NCBI RefSeq assembly: GCF_037042905.1
Contig: NC_087248.1
Coordinates: forward strand, 7,688,001-7,752,000
DNA: 64,000 bases
Direction: 5' to 3'
DNA from: Lytechinus pictus
Lineage: Eukaryota
Made by a program: the position numbers and the translations under genes. The notes under the pieces are model-generated. The model was not told the origin of the DNA, did not search any database, and saw only the letters and a program-made list of their open reading frames with translations. Positions 50,224-63,100 of the stretch are shown here, piece after piece (the first letter of the stretch is position 1; each line of letters begins with the position of its first letter).

Positions 50224-51247
50224 TCAGTACACCCACACTACTCGTGTACCCTTACTCATTATTCTCCATACAAGTTACTTCACAGGCGAGCAACCCTGTC
50301 AGTTAGGTTCGTGCACTGATTTAACTGATACGCGCTCATATGCGACAGGAGCATTGCCATCATACATGTTACCATCGATAAGAACAAAAACGATCAAGCT
50401 AATATTTTTTTATATTAAAGAGAACTGATCAATAAAATATCTGCAGGAAATGCATGTCCAATGAACAAGGTAGCACTTCCTTTATTCCAGGGAGTTGGGA
50501 GTAGAGACTCCCAACTCCCTGTTTATTTCACAATTTAAGGATTCATTGATTTTTTTACGATAAAAAAACACTCGACAAGTGCGGAAGTTTGTATACTTCC
50601 TTCCAAAATGATATTATGTCGATGAATTAAATTGATTAATTCATTTTTAATCCATGATACGAATAAGACTGAGTAGAATGAGTCGGTGTTTCGAGCCGGA
50701 TCTACGAAATCATTTCATCTAGCTTGCGAATAAATAAGGTAGGACCACTTGCGATTTCACCCTTAACAATGTTTTTTTTTTTTTTTTTTTTTTTTTTTTT
50801 GGGGGGGGGGGTTCTGCCAAAGAACCAATAAAAATTTAGTTTTTCAGGGCAGTTATTATTATTTAATAAAAAAGTTGCATCGTTATCAAATTGCTATCAT
50901 TATCATAGTTGTATAGAAATTTTATGTTATCGTAAGTTCTATCAAACGACTTTTAAAGCCGCAAAGAATTCATGCCATCGTCTCTTATTCAAAAGCGAGG
51001 CAGAAGTCATCTTTGTCAATGTTTTTGATGGTAGGTCACTATGAACAAATCGATATACACTTCACTGACTATGATGTTTCTAATGTCTCTTCAATTTTAA
51101 CACAAATACTGTTCCTTACCATTTTTTTAAATTACATCACGACTGATATATTCATTTGATTTTAGTTTTTATATTTTTATAGTCCTGTGAGTTCAGTTGG
51201 ATTATTATCTTGTTTAAAAAATCTCTATCAACAGGCAACGCTGAAAA

Positions 51248-53924
51248 ATGGCCTTCAAACGCCGTACATCGTTTCCCTCAACATTAGTCTTGGCTTGTTT
51301 CATTTTCCACTGGGTCTTCCAAAGCAAGCTGATGCTATCCTCAGGACTTTTTACAGGAAATGCTGGTTGGGGATGTCATCAAGACTTTGAACAAAGAAAA
51401 GCATACTGTAGTAACAAAGGTCTTGACTCAGTTCCTCAATATCTTGCCAAAGACACCGAGGAACTTGATTTGTCTGAAAACAATATCACGGTTCTCCCGA
51501 ATATTTCGTTTGAAAGATACACTCGAATTTCAACATTGGATCTTTCGGCTAACGATATTAGAGTAATCGAACCGACTGCTTTCTGGCCTCTCAAGAATTT
51601 GACGACCTTGTTGATGATCCTGAACAGCAACCTAGTGCTTCCAGAGACAGGCTTATTCAGATGGACAAATGAAATGACCTTCCTGGACTTGACAGGATCG
51701 AACTTGAAGTCGATTCCAAATGACATCCTTAAATGGAACAAACACGTGGGATGGTTGGACTTGGGTTACAACCACCTCTCTTTTATCAACATCAGTACTT
51801 GTGGTTCCATAGAATATGCTGGGTTGTATGATAATCACATTGAATATATCACGCGGGAATCTTTCACTTTCAGCTGTCAAATTGATACCCTGGATCTTAC
51901 TGGAAACCCTATCAAGTTAATTGATTCCGTTGCCGTAGCTGCGTTGCATACCCGCTCACTTTTGATTGGGATCTCCCCCGAGAGCCAGTCATGGACACCC
52001 GAAATGCTGATAAATCTAACCATAGGGATATCTCTTTCAGCTACTAATGAGCTTCACGTCCGTGATGTTGGTTTGGAGTTCGTCCCTAAAGGTGTCTTTT
52101 CGTCACTTCAACAAGTTTCATTCAATCTTCTCGACATTTCTTACAACAAACTAAATACCTTATACCCGTTTGTATTCTCAAATCTTACTCTGCTTGGTGA
52201 ACTTGTTATCAAAAATAACAAATTAACATCGATTGAACCAACTTTCTTTGACGGTATGCAGAAGCTAAGAGTGCTAAGATTAAACTTTAATTCGATACGA
52301 ACTATAACTAAATAATCAAACATGGACAATCAATCTGGTGGAGTTGTATTTATCCACGAATTCACTAACGGAGATTTCTGAATTTGCATTCCTCGGTTTA
52401 CAAAATTTGACCGTATTAGATTTGCGATGGAATTTTCAACTTGCTGTTCTCCACATGACATCGTTTACGGGAGTAGATAACATTCAGGTTATCGATTTAT
52501 CTGACTGCAGCATCACTCGTTTGGAGTTGTATGCAGCTCTGGTGTCATTTCGTATGAATAGGAACTCTCGCGCTATCTTCCCTCTTAGTCCTTTACAACC
52601 CGGTGAGTCCTTTAAAAATGCCAAGAATCTCGTTTGGTTGGAGATACAAGACTCTGAAATTTGGTCTTCAAATCTGTGGCATTCATCCAGAAGTGTTTCT
52701 CTTTTCGATGGTCTGTCTAACCTCACGACATTGGATATGAGTAATAATCCTAACATCGGCAAATCAGACCTTGCATCCGGAACATTCATTCACCTATCTG
52801 CCTTACAGGAACTTGGTTTATGCGGATGTGGTATCTCGAATCTGAATCCGCTTTTGTTTTCCGATTTGGTATCCCTTAAGAAGCTCGATCTGTCAGGGAA
52901 TAACCTGATGCAGATTCGTTCCGGCTTATTCGCGAAGTTGGGGCAGCTACAAAGCATAAAACTTGATGGCAACATTCTGGCCCACCTTGATGAAAAAGCG
53001 TTCTCGAACAACCCAAATCTCGCGGCCCTTTCTCTGGCAAGTAACAAACTGACAGGTCTAAACGAGAGCACGTTCAAGCCAGTCTTTTCTACTCTGTCGG
53101 TTTTGGATCTTTCTCAAAACCCGCTAGTTTGCACATGCGATCTAGAGTGGTTGCTTGATTGGCTGAATGGTACAGGAAACCTTACTCTTTTTAACAAGGA
53201 ACAGACCATATGTGCGCCTCCATCGCTCATGTCTCTTCGTGAGAGACCTGTGTTAGATTTCAATGCTGCTGACGTATGTCAACTCAACTACGCTATCTTC
53301 AGTTCTATTCCCATCGTCATCGCTTCCGTAATCGTTATCACCGTGTTCGTCTATCACAAGCGATGGCAGTTGAAATACAAACTCTTCCTTCTAAAACTGG
53401 CAATAGTTGGTTATAGGGAAAGACTGGATGCTCGAGACCATAAGGAATATGAATTCGATGTAAATATCATCTTCTATGATGACGACGACGACGAGTTATG
53501 GATTCGCGAATATTTGAAACCAACTATGGAAGAACAACTTCCACGGTTTCAAAGGAATGTCTTTGGTGACGCAGACCTTGTTCTTGGTATGCATTACTTG
53601 GATGCTGTTGATTACGTAGTGACCAGGAGTTACAAGACCATTATTATTCTTAGCAGAGCCGCTGTTCGTGATCGCTGGTTCATGCTCAAGTTCCGTACGG
53701 CCATGGATCACGTGAGTGATACCCAGACTGAATTCGTTGTCGTCGTCTTCTTAGAAGACATCCCAGATGATGAATTACCTTTTCTGGTGAGGCTGTACCT
53801 CAATGACGGGAGACCCTACCTCCACTGGACAGATGACGTCAGAGGTCAAGAATATTTCTGGAATGAATTGGCAAAGAATCTCACTATCAATCTTCTGACC
53901 AATGACCTAATACCAAACGAATAG
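51248..53924 (+). pseudogene. Intronless single-cysteine-cluster Toll-like receptor broken by one frameshift at ~52305-52312 (pseudogene or assembly indel)
   Basis: ORF 51248-52315 has a hydrophobic leader, LRRNT (C..AYCSNKGLDSVP) and LRRs. The +1 frame continues NNQTWTINLVELYLSTN into ORF 52338-53924 with LRRs, LRRCT (NPLVCTCDLEW...C), a TM helix (YAIFSSIPIVIASVIVITVFVY) and a TIR domain (YEFDVNIIF, SYKTIIILS, YLHW..FW). The joined product is ~890 aa. Confidence 0.9.
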
Positions 53925-54587
53925 AATTGTCCATTTGGCAGAATTTGGACGGAGCCGATCGAGGTCTAACCGTATCTTAAGAAGAACTGTCAGAGATTTG
54001 AGCCTGCAAAACTAAGAACGGTGGAGATCTACACCACAGTACTATACCATATTGCTTTATATTAGAGTATTTTCACACTATCCTTTTTTTAACATGGTTT
54101 GCCCATTTAATACTTCAACGAAATCAGGGGCAGATTCATCACTTATTATTTCATTCTGGAGACGGAATAATCGCAGTCGTTGGTCTGGACAAATCTTGTG
54201 TTGTTTTAGTTTTTAAATTGTTTGATAATATTAGTCATAACTTGTATTACATTATTTTCAATGTGTTTGTATATAAAGTTTAGATTCATGTCGTAGGGCC
54301 ATGGAGAATAACAGCACATAGATTGCTGATGTGATCTCAGTCGAACCAGAGAAAAATGACTCCAATCCGACTAATGGTATGCAATTGAAAGTAACGTATC
54401 TTTTTACCGATCGTTGGTGTGACCGGAACTAATTTATCATGCTTATACTGACAGAAACAATATCGTCGTATTTTACTGAAAATACGTCGACACCAATATA
54501 TTTCATTTCATTTCTGTTATTCATATTCTAATTTGTACCTACTTACTTTGTCAATTTGTTTGAAATGAAGAAGAGAATAAATTCAAT

Positions 54588-54589
<2 letters not shown>

Positions 54590-54656
<67 letters not shown>

Positions 54657-54658
54657 TA
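54590..54658. repeat. (TA)n microsatellite
   Basis: Direct reading. Confidence 0.95.
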
Positions 54659-56376
54659 TTAAGGAAGAGGGCCCTTTGCACAACGTGTGTTGCAGCGCGT
54701 CATAGCTAGCATTAATTAACTGTTGAAAGCTACGTCTATCGTCAATGCCTGGATTATTTTACGCCTATATATACAAACACACCCACACCCTCACACACCC
54801 ACACACACATATATGGCATCAGATTGAAAAGAAGGGCAAAGTAAGCTAATGCTTTGTCTAAGAACAAATAAAGCTATTTCAGAATCAATCACCCAAGAGC
54901 AATATCGTCCTAACTAGACACTTCACGGTCGCCTTGTAAAAATCAAATCGATTGATGGGAAGATCATTAGCACTTTACCTACTCCATGGACCCTACCAAA
55001 AACGAATCACCTCTTGTTTTACGATAAGTTGTTTTCTTTAATCCAAAACAGCCTACATAGTTCGAAAGTTGTGGGCACGGCTTGAGAGTAAACTGAACAT
55101 TTTGAAACGGACAAATAGGACGATATTTTTGCAATTCCAGATCAGATCTTTATGAGTTAGATCAACTCTTATTATGCCTGATATGGCAAATAATTTAGAA
55201 AGAGCGGTATATACGTCTTATGATATTAAGTATCATCTGATACTTCTGAATATCCTAACATTAAAACTTCAGTTAGAGACCTCAACACATTCTCTCTCTG
55301 ACTTCCTTAAATGGATTCTAACCCGGCTGCGTCAGCCCAAAAGACGTAAAAAGATGGGAGTTGTTACAAGTACCCTGTTTGGCGTTCAACAATTCAAGGG
55401 ATAATCCTCGTCGATCTGGCGCTGCACAGCGGCTGCCAGGCCGACGATCAATTGGGCAAAGCAAATTTTCGGAGTATTTCATTTCATGTCTATTTCGAAC
55501 AATAAAATATGGATTTTCATTTTTTGTAATTTCATTCCATAAACGTAACATTTGAAAATGCATTTCCTTATCATATACACCCGGATCAAACAGGAACAAC
55601 TAACGCTGAACAAGACAGGGAGGGAAGGTCATATATTATGCACTCTTTGAACATTCATAATGCAAAAAAAAAATTATGCCGGAAATTGAGTAACAGGTGT
55701 TTGCTACTGATATATAAATTTTAAATTATTTCTATATAACTTCATATTTTTATTTCTTTTCTCTTTTTGTTTATTGTATTTTTTACGGGCGTATCCCGCC
55801 ACAGGCTTCTTTTTATTTTTTTATTACGCCTTCTTCTGTTAACAAATCTTTGATATATATACACTCTTTTATGATAAATGATTTTGTATGGTTATATTGA
55901 AAAAATGATGGTTTGAAGTATCACGTGACATTTCTCATGATTTTGTTTGGGGGGGGGGGGTGGTCTCTTATTACTTGTCTACTCTTCGAGGTCCAATTAA
56001 GAAATTGGCCTTATCAATTACAGAAATGAATAATGATACTGCACTAGCAAGACTACATTTCGTAGTTTGTGTTTAATGTTTGTTGATTTAGTGAGTGTTG
56101 TTAAACTTGGAAAGGATTTTAAAACTTTGAAAGAATTTTCCGGACGTGGTTCTTGCGTATAATGACATGCCCAAGGGGGTGCGTGAGAGTGTGTGTGTTT
56201 GTGTTTGTGGGAGGGAGAATGTGTATGTTATAAGTGTGAAAGGAGGATGTGTGCAAAGAGAATTTATGGGGAAACAGGGGCGTGGCTCGAAGGGATTTCG
56301 GGGTGCCGTGGTGTAGTGGTTTTGACTCTCGCCTTGAAAAAGAGGGTCGTGTGTTCAAATTCCATTGCAGTATAGC

Positions 56377-56590
56377 CATAGGCGGTGGAAGCGGGGAGAC
56401 CTGTCCCCCTATATTCGAGGTGGGGGACGTCCCCGACGTCCCCCCCCCCTAAATTTTTGTTGATAACTTTTTTTTTTTCAAAATTTTTTGGGTGGTCCCC
56501 CCTAAAAATTTAGGCTGATAACCCCCTTTTTTTTTGCTTGTCAAAAAATTTTTGTGGCCCCCCTAAATTTGTGGGCTTCCGCCGCCAATG
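56377..56590. mobile_element. CAT..ATG MITE with 8-bp near-perfect TSD, inserted in a SINE
   Basis: AGTATAGC|CATAGGCGGTGGAAGC ... GCTTCCGCCGCCAATG|GGTATAGC; same family as ~47785-48026. Confidence 0.7.
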
Positions 56591-56990
56591 GGTATAGCGT
56601 CCTTATTTGGAAAGGCGTTAATCCACACTTTGCCACTCTCGACCCAGGCGCTAAATGGGTACCGAATTTAAGACGGAATTTTTCACGCGAGATGATTGAA
56701 TATTTGATTTTTGTTTGACTTAATGATGTATTTTGTTTGAAACTTTCACTTATCTCGCTTGCTGCTACATAATTTACGATTCCAAAAAGGCATATAAAAG
56801 CTGGGATAGGAATCACACAGCACGATCTCAGAAAGCAAACAAATTTGATGAGGACCAATAATTACGGAATTATAGTTCCACTGTCATGAGGAAAATATTT
56901 TCCATCACTAGCTTCGCTCCCTCTTAAAATCTAAGACAGCATCTTTTCAGATATTAAACAATTGCATGCATTTTAAAAGTCAGGTGAGAA

Positions 56991-57975
56991 AACAAGGCTA
57001 AAGCGATTTTGTGTCTCGCCCACTTATGAAAATAACCAGAAATATCGTGATTTGTGAGGGCACGCAACAGAATTGTATCGAAACTTCATTGTGAAATGAC
57101 TGGGATGGAATAACACTTGTCATAAGAGCCTTGTACGTAAACTTTAATGTTGACCTGAAAATGACCTTTGACCTTACCATGTGACCTCCGATTGCAGCAT
57201 AACATGCAGGTCCCCCAAGTCCATCTACCATCCAAGTTTGGTTGAAAAGTGACTTATGGTTGCGAAGTTAGGTGTCATAAGAGTCTTGCCTGTAAACTTT
57301 AACGTTGACCTAAAAATGACCTTTGACCTTACCATGTGACCTCCAACTGCAGCATAACATGCAGGTCCCCCAAGTCCATCTACCATCCAAGTTTGGTTGA
57401 AAAGTGACTTACGGTTACGGAGTAAGGTGTCATAAGAGAGTCTTGCATGTAAACTTTAACGTTGACCTAAAAATGACCTTTGACCATATCATGTGACCTC
57501 CGACTGCAGCATAACATGCAGGTCCCCCAAGTCCATCTACCATCCAAGTTTGGTTGAAAAGTGACCTACGGTTGCGGAGTTGGATGTCATAAGAGAGTCT
57601 TGCATGTAATTTTTAACGTTGACCTGAAAATGACCTTTGACCTTACCATGCAACCTCCGACTGCAGCATAACATGCAGGTCCCCCAAGTCCATCTACCAT
57701 CCAAGTTTGGTTGAAAAGTGACCTACGGTTGCGGAGTTAGGTGTTATAAGAGAGTCTTGCATGTAATTTTTAACGTTGACCTGAAAATGATCTTTGACCT
57801 TACCATGTGACCTCCGACTGCAGCATAACATGCAGGTCCCCCAAGTCCATCTACCATCCAAGTTTGGTTGAAAAGCGACTTACGGTTGTGGAGTTATGTG
57901 CCATTAGGTTTGTGACGGACGGACGACATTTGGATCCCTAAGTCTCGCCTTCACCTCTGGTGGGCGAGACAAAAA
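56991..57975 (+). mobile_element. HINE-like family B element with 5 x 155-157-bp monomers
   Basis: 5' AACAAG; subterminal IR GTCTCGCCCAC / GTGGGCGAGAC; monomer phase points 57161, 57316, 57473, 57630, 57787; (GACG)n microsatellite; 3' CAAAAA. Confidence 0.8.
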
Positions 57976-59539
57976 GAACAAATTTTATTGATAAATGGTT
58001 GACCGTACGGTGACAGTGACCAAAATTATCATTATCTTTGATGTTGGTTAATTATTTAAAAGAAACATTTTCTCGACATCCCCTTCTTTCATACTAGGGA
58101 TGTGTGATATTATAAAATAATGTAACTGGTTTGCTCTGACCTCATGATCTAAGCAACCACAACATTATGAGCCCCTTTGTATATTGGTATAATTATTGTT
58201 AACCAGTTGGTTAAACAATGATTCGGATCACTTCGATCACAAAATTGTATCACAGCAATTATTGTTCTCTGACCCTAAATAAATATGTTGTTTCACTAAG
58301 TCATGTCAGTTGTAGAATGTGTAATGCATTTGACTAACGAAGAGAAATTTCTGTGCGTTGATACAAACTGTGATTATCTTGAGCTTATTTGCTCTCTTCA
58401 CTTTCTGGCAAATATATGATATAAAATAGGTGGAGCAAAATTGCTCATCAATTGATAATGATATATCGAATCATTAATTGTTTGAAAATCGATATTTTGC
58501 GTGTGACTGTGCGGATTCTAGAATACTGCACTTTTTTGCAGATATGACAATAAAGATCATGGACCCTTTTAATTGAATTAAAATGGCTGAAAAATGCAAT
58601 TCCACATATTCAGTGAGGAATAAAACTTGTGTAAGTCATATTTATGTAATAAAATACAATAGAAATCGTGAAACTGTGCCATCATCGACTCATTTGCATA
58701 TCCTCACTGCTGTGCATAGAACTGTTTTTGTGAAAATTAGCGAAAACAATTAAGAAACCAATTAGGAAAATGTCTAATTTCGATGTAAAACATCTCAGTT
58801 TTTTTACAGTCACTGTATATAGGCCTATCAATTTCCATGGTCATTGAACCAAATGTAATTTCTTATCTGTGCATATAATACAATACATAAAGTTTAATGT
58901 CATCATTTTATATTTATAGATGTGTTGTCATGTGTTTTTTTTTTAATAAAGACATGCAAGTACCCGATCCATGCTTGTGTAATGCACGAGCTGCATGCTT
59001 GACAGCTCTTTGGATAACATAATGATTGACGTCACAGCGAGTTGCGACCCTGGCGATTGCAAACACGGGTGGGTTTTCCCCGAGTACAAACTACTATTTA
59101 CTCAACCAATGATTTTTCTCAGACGATAATTAAGATGATATGAATATATCTATGCTGCACATCCATCTGATTCGTTCTTTGATCTTACATTTCTGTATTC
59201 ATATTGGAGAATTTGCAGGCAATAATTTTATCACAACCTGGAAAAATCATATTGTCTATAATTTTCGTTTATGAGTTTAGATTAAATAGTGACACGAGCA
59301 GATATCAGTTGACATTTCCGGTATTTGAAGTGAATGCCATGTCATCCTTATATGGCCTTTACCTGGAAGTGTAATTATTGCAAAGGAAATTGATTTCAAC
59401 GTCATCATCGTTGCGGTAGGTATACATGTATACATATAGATAAAATAAAATTGCTCAAAATGATTTTGTTACAAGGGCATTTCGTAGGCCCTTTTATTGT
59501 TCTAGTTATTTTTATATTAAGCATTGTTATCGCCACCAG

Positions 59540-59852
59540 CACCATATTCGAATTCATCATCAGCATCACCATTATCATTGCCTTTATCAACATCATCGTT
59601 GACATAATTATTATTACTATTATCTTCATCACCGTCATCACTTTCATCATCACCATAACCTTCAACTTCATTCCTCAACAACATAACATCATCAACTTTA
59701 TCAACATCATCATTATTATCTTCATCATCATCATCATCATCAATAACATCAAAATAATCATCATCATCATCAACTTTATCAACATCATCATCATCATCAT
59801 TACCATCATCATCATCATCAACATCATCATCATCATCAAAATCATCATCATC
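59540..59852. repeat. (CAT)n-rich degenerate microsatellite (similar tract 34225-34410)
   Basis: Direct reading; it explains the poly-Ile and poly-His ORFs. Confidence 0.9.
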
Positions 59853-60167
59853 GTCCTATTTTATTCAAATATATTTGATACATTTTTTTGTAAACTGCAC
59901 TATAAACATGATAAACATTACGTTGTTGCTATGGTAAATTTGGATGAGCTAAATGGGAAATTTATCAAATAAACCCTTTACAAAATTAATTCTTATAATC
60001 TGCTAATTCTAGAGCTCTCTGTCAAAACTTTGACCAGTCATGTCTGCCCTAATATGATCACGTTTATAAATGATTTCATAGCTGTGCAGTCAGTGAATTG
60101 AATTTCAATCTTGGATAATCCTGCCTTTCATGACTGTTTTGCGAAGTCAACAATATTTCTGTCCAAG

Positions 60168-63100
60168 ATGCTGGAAGAGGCGCTTCACGATCTGACGGGG
60201 TTAAAGACCTTGGAGGAGATCCCCACACTCATGACACTTGGACAAGGATTCATCAGTGAATGTAGGAGTTTCCAGAGTGAGAAGGGACAATTCTTTGCCA
60301 AGATGAACAAGAAAAGTCGGGTAGGCCTTTTAGGTGTTTCACAAAGATTTTACTGTGAGTTGTGCTCAAGATCGAAAAGCCAAGGCAAATGCAACGGATT
60401 AGTTGTCCATGCAATTAAGGTTAGATCTAAAGCCATACGACAATTAATCCATTAAAAAAGCTTCCTTTAAAGGACACTTCAGGCTGAAAATCCCGGCTGT
60501 AGATAATATTTAAATGAATAGAATAAACTAAGGAAGCAATACTCTTAAATTTCATATTGAATGTAATAATAAGTTATTTAATTTTAAAGTTTAGCTAAAT
60601 TTTGTGAAAACAAGTATATACAATCTGTCATGAATATGCCATAGCTGGATTGAAGAATTCATGTCAACATTTTCCATTTACTTATAAGTCAAAATTTCCA
60701 TGTGCAGGGGCGGATCCAGCTCCCGCCAATAGGGGGGGGGGGGCCCGAATTTTTTTTTCACCCATATTTTCCCGATCGGCCGCTCAAAGTTGATTTTTGT
60801 TTGTTTCTTTGAAGGGGTTGTCTCAGTGGCGTAATGAGCCAAAAATTTTGAGGGGGCTCGATACAGCATACCGCATAAAATTAATAAGAAGTTGCGAGGG
60901 AGCAAATTTTTTGACATTTTAATTAAAAAATCAAAGTTTGTGATAGATTTTGACATAACATTTGAAAAATGTTAGGCCTATATTTCACACTTATCCCTTT
61001 CCTTTTTCCGCATTTTCTTGGTCTTGAAAAATTGGGAGGGGGGGGGGGGCAAAACGCCGATGTCCTAACAGCCATTTTTTAGCTTTATTATTATAAAACA
61101 ACCTTTTAAAAATGTAATAATTTCATAAGCCCTATTTGAATAGTGCGAGCGCGAAGTGCGAGCTGAAAATTTTTGGAATTTCATTTATTTTGTCATGAAA
61201 ATTGAATATTCTGGGAAAAAGAATTTTTTAATGGGTTCTGGCTTGATCGAAAAGGGACTTGTGTTAAGGACGATTTGCAGTTAGCCATTAAGACGATACA
61301 CATGATATTTCAACTTTAAGAAAATGCGAGCGCGAAGCGCGAGCTGAAATTTTTTTGACATTCTGACCTTAAAAAATTGACATTCTAAGCACTTTTTGAA
61401 ATAAACGGTATAGGTATAAAACTAAACAATTGATGCGAGCGCGAGCGGAAAAAAAATATTTCAGACCTAAAAATTGGACTCTCTATTCATTTTTGTAAAT
61501 TATGTAAAAGGATGGGTAATTTGGTATCTCTTACATTAATGCGAGCGCAAAATTGATAATTTTAGCACGTTTTGAATAAAGATCAAGCTGCATATCTCAA
61601 TAAACATGCGTGCACGTGTTTTAGAGTTTGACAGAATCTTGGCATTCTGAATACATTTCATTTTTTATCATGAAAATCAACTTGCGAGCGCGAAGCGCGA
61701 GCGGAAAATATTTGACTCTCCGGTATGAAAAGGGTGAATTTAAGCACTATTTAAAGCACTGTGCAAGGAAATTGTGAAGTGTATGTGGAAAGCGTATGTG
61801 GAAAGCACATATTAAAATGATGACTATCTTCCTATTCCTCTTCCTAAGCGCGATATGAAACTTGTCGACATTCCTTTCTGAAAAAGGGACAATTTAGTTA
61901 TTAGGAATTCATGAAAATTTTATTTTCATGTTTATTAATATATAATAAGCCTAATGAGTGAGTGAAATTTGTTGACAATATAGGCCTAAAAACTGGATAT
62001 TTTAAGCACTTTTGTAATCATGAATAGGATTTATGAGTTGATATATTTTAACTATATCGAGCGCAAATCGCGAGACGAAACTTTTGATAAACTGTTATAA
62101 AAATGGAATTTTAAGTAGTTTGTTATAGAATTAATAGATAAAGAATCTTATGGAATAAACAAAGACAATATGTAGGCAAATCAAATAATGCGAGCGCACA
62201 GCGCAAACAGCTGCAAATGATATTCACACCATAAAACGGACATTTCACAGAGCATTTAAAAGATTCAATTTGTAAATCAAACAAAATAATAAAAGCTCGA
62301 TGTCCAAGCTGAAATATATATGTTTTGTATATTGACTTCAAAACTTGATATTTTAAGCTACATATCATCCTATTGAGCAAGATATGTATCTCATCGAACA
62401 GGCTATGCGAGCGCGAAGCGCGAGCGAAAATTTAATAAAGTGACATGAAAAAATATTTTTAAATCATTTTCCAAGTCTTCCCCTGGCCTTATTTTATTCA
62501 TTCGTCTCCCTCCTCTTATTTGTCCTCTTTTTTCCTCCTTTCTTTCCCTTTTTTTCTTTCTTTCCCCTTTTTTCTCATTTTTGCTCCGCCAAGGGGGGGG
62601 GGGGGGGGGAACGGGCCCCTCGGGCCCCCCCCTGGATCCGCCTATGCATGTGTGTATAGTTATTTTGTAACACAATAATTAGAGCAATGATTATCTTAAT
62701 ATACACAAAATCTATAGCCAATCATATTGCATTCTCGGAAGACAATATTTTAATAAAACGCAAAGGAATAAGTTGGGGAGATGACATAATAAATTGATTA
62801 ATGATAATAATTCATATGCTTTTTTTTTACATGCCTGTTATAACATTTGAAGAATTACAACAAAATGTTCAAGTCATGTATTTGACAACGGGCCAAAATG
62901 GTAGCCAATCACTTTAAAGCGGAAAGCTTTCCCAATTAATTAACGTAACCGACAAGTCATGTCACATGGTCTATACAATGGTTCCTTTATTAGAGTTAAA
63001 TATCGCAGAATGGTATACCATTTAAAGGGGAATGAAACCTTTGGAACAAGTAGGCTTGTGTCGAAACAGAAAAATCAAAGAATAAGAACAAAGAAAGTTT

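Noticed and set aside
52338-53924. Separate 528-aa TLR gene
   Set aside because: It starts at GTG mid-LRR with no signal peptide; it is the continuation of 51248-52315.
59451-59972. 173-aa Ile-rich 'membrane protein' ORF
   Set aside because: Translation of a (CAT)n microsatellite.
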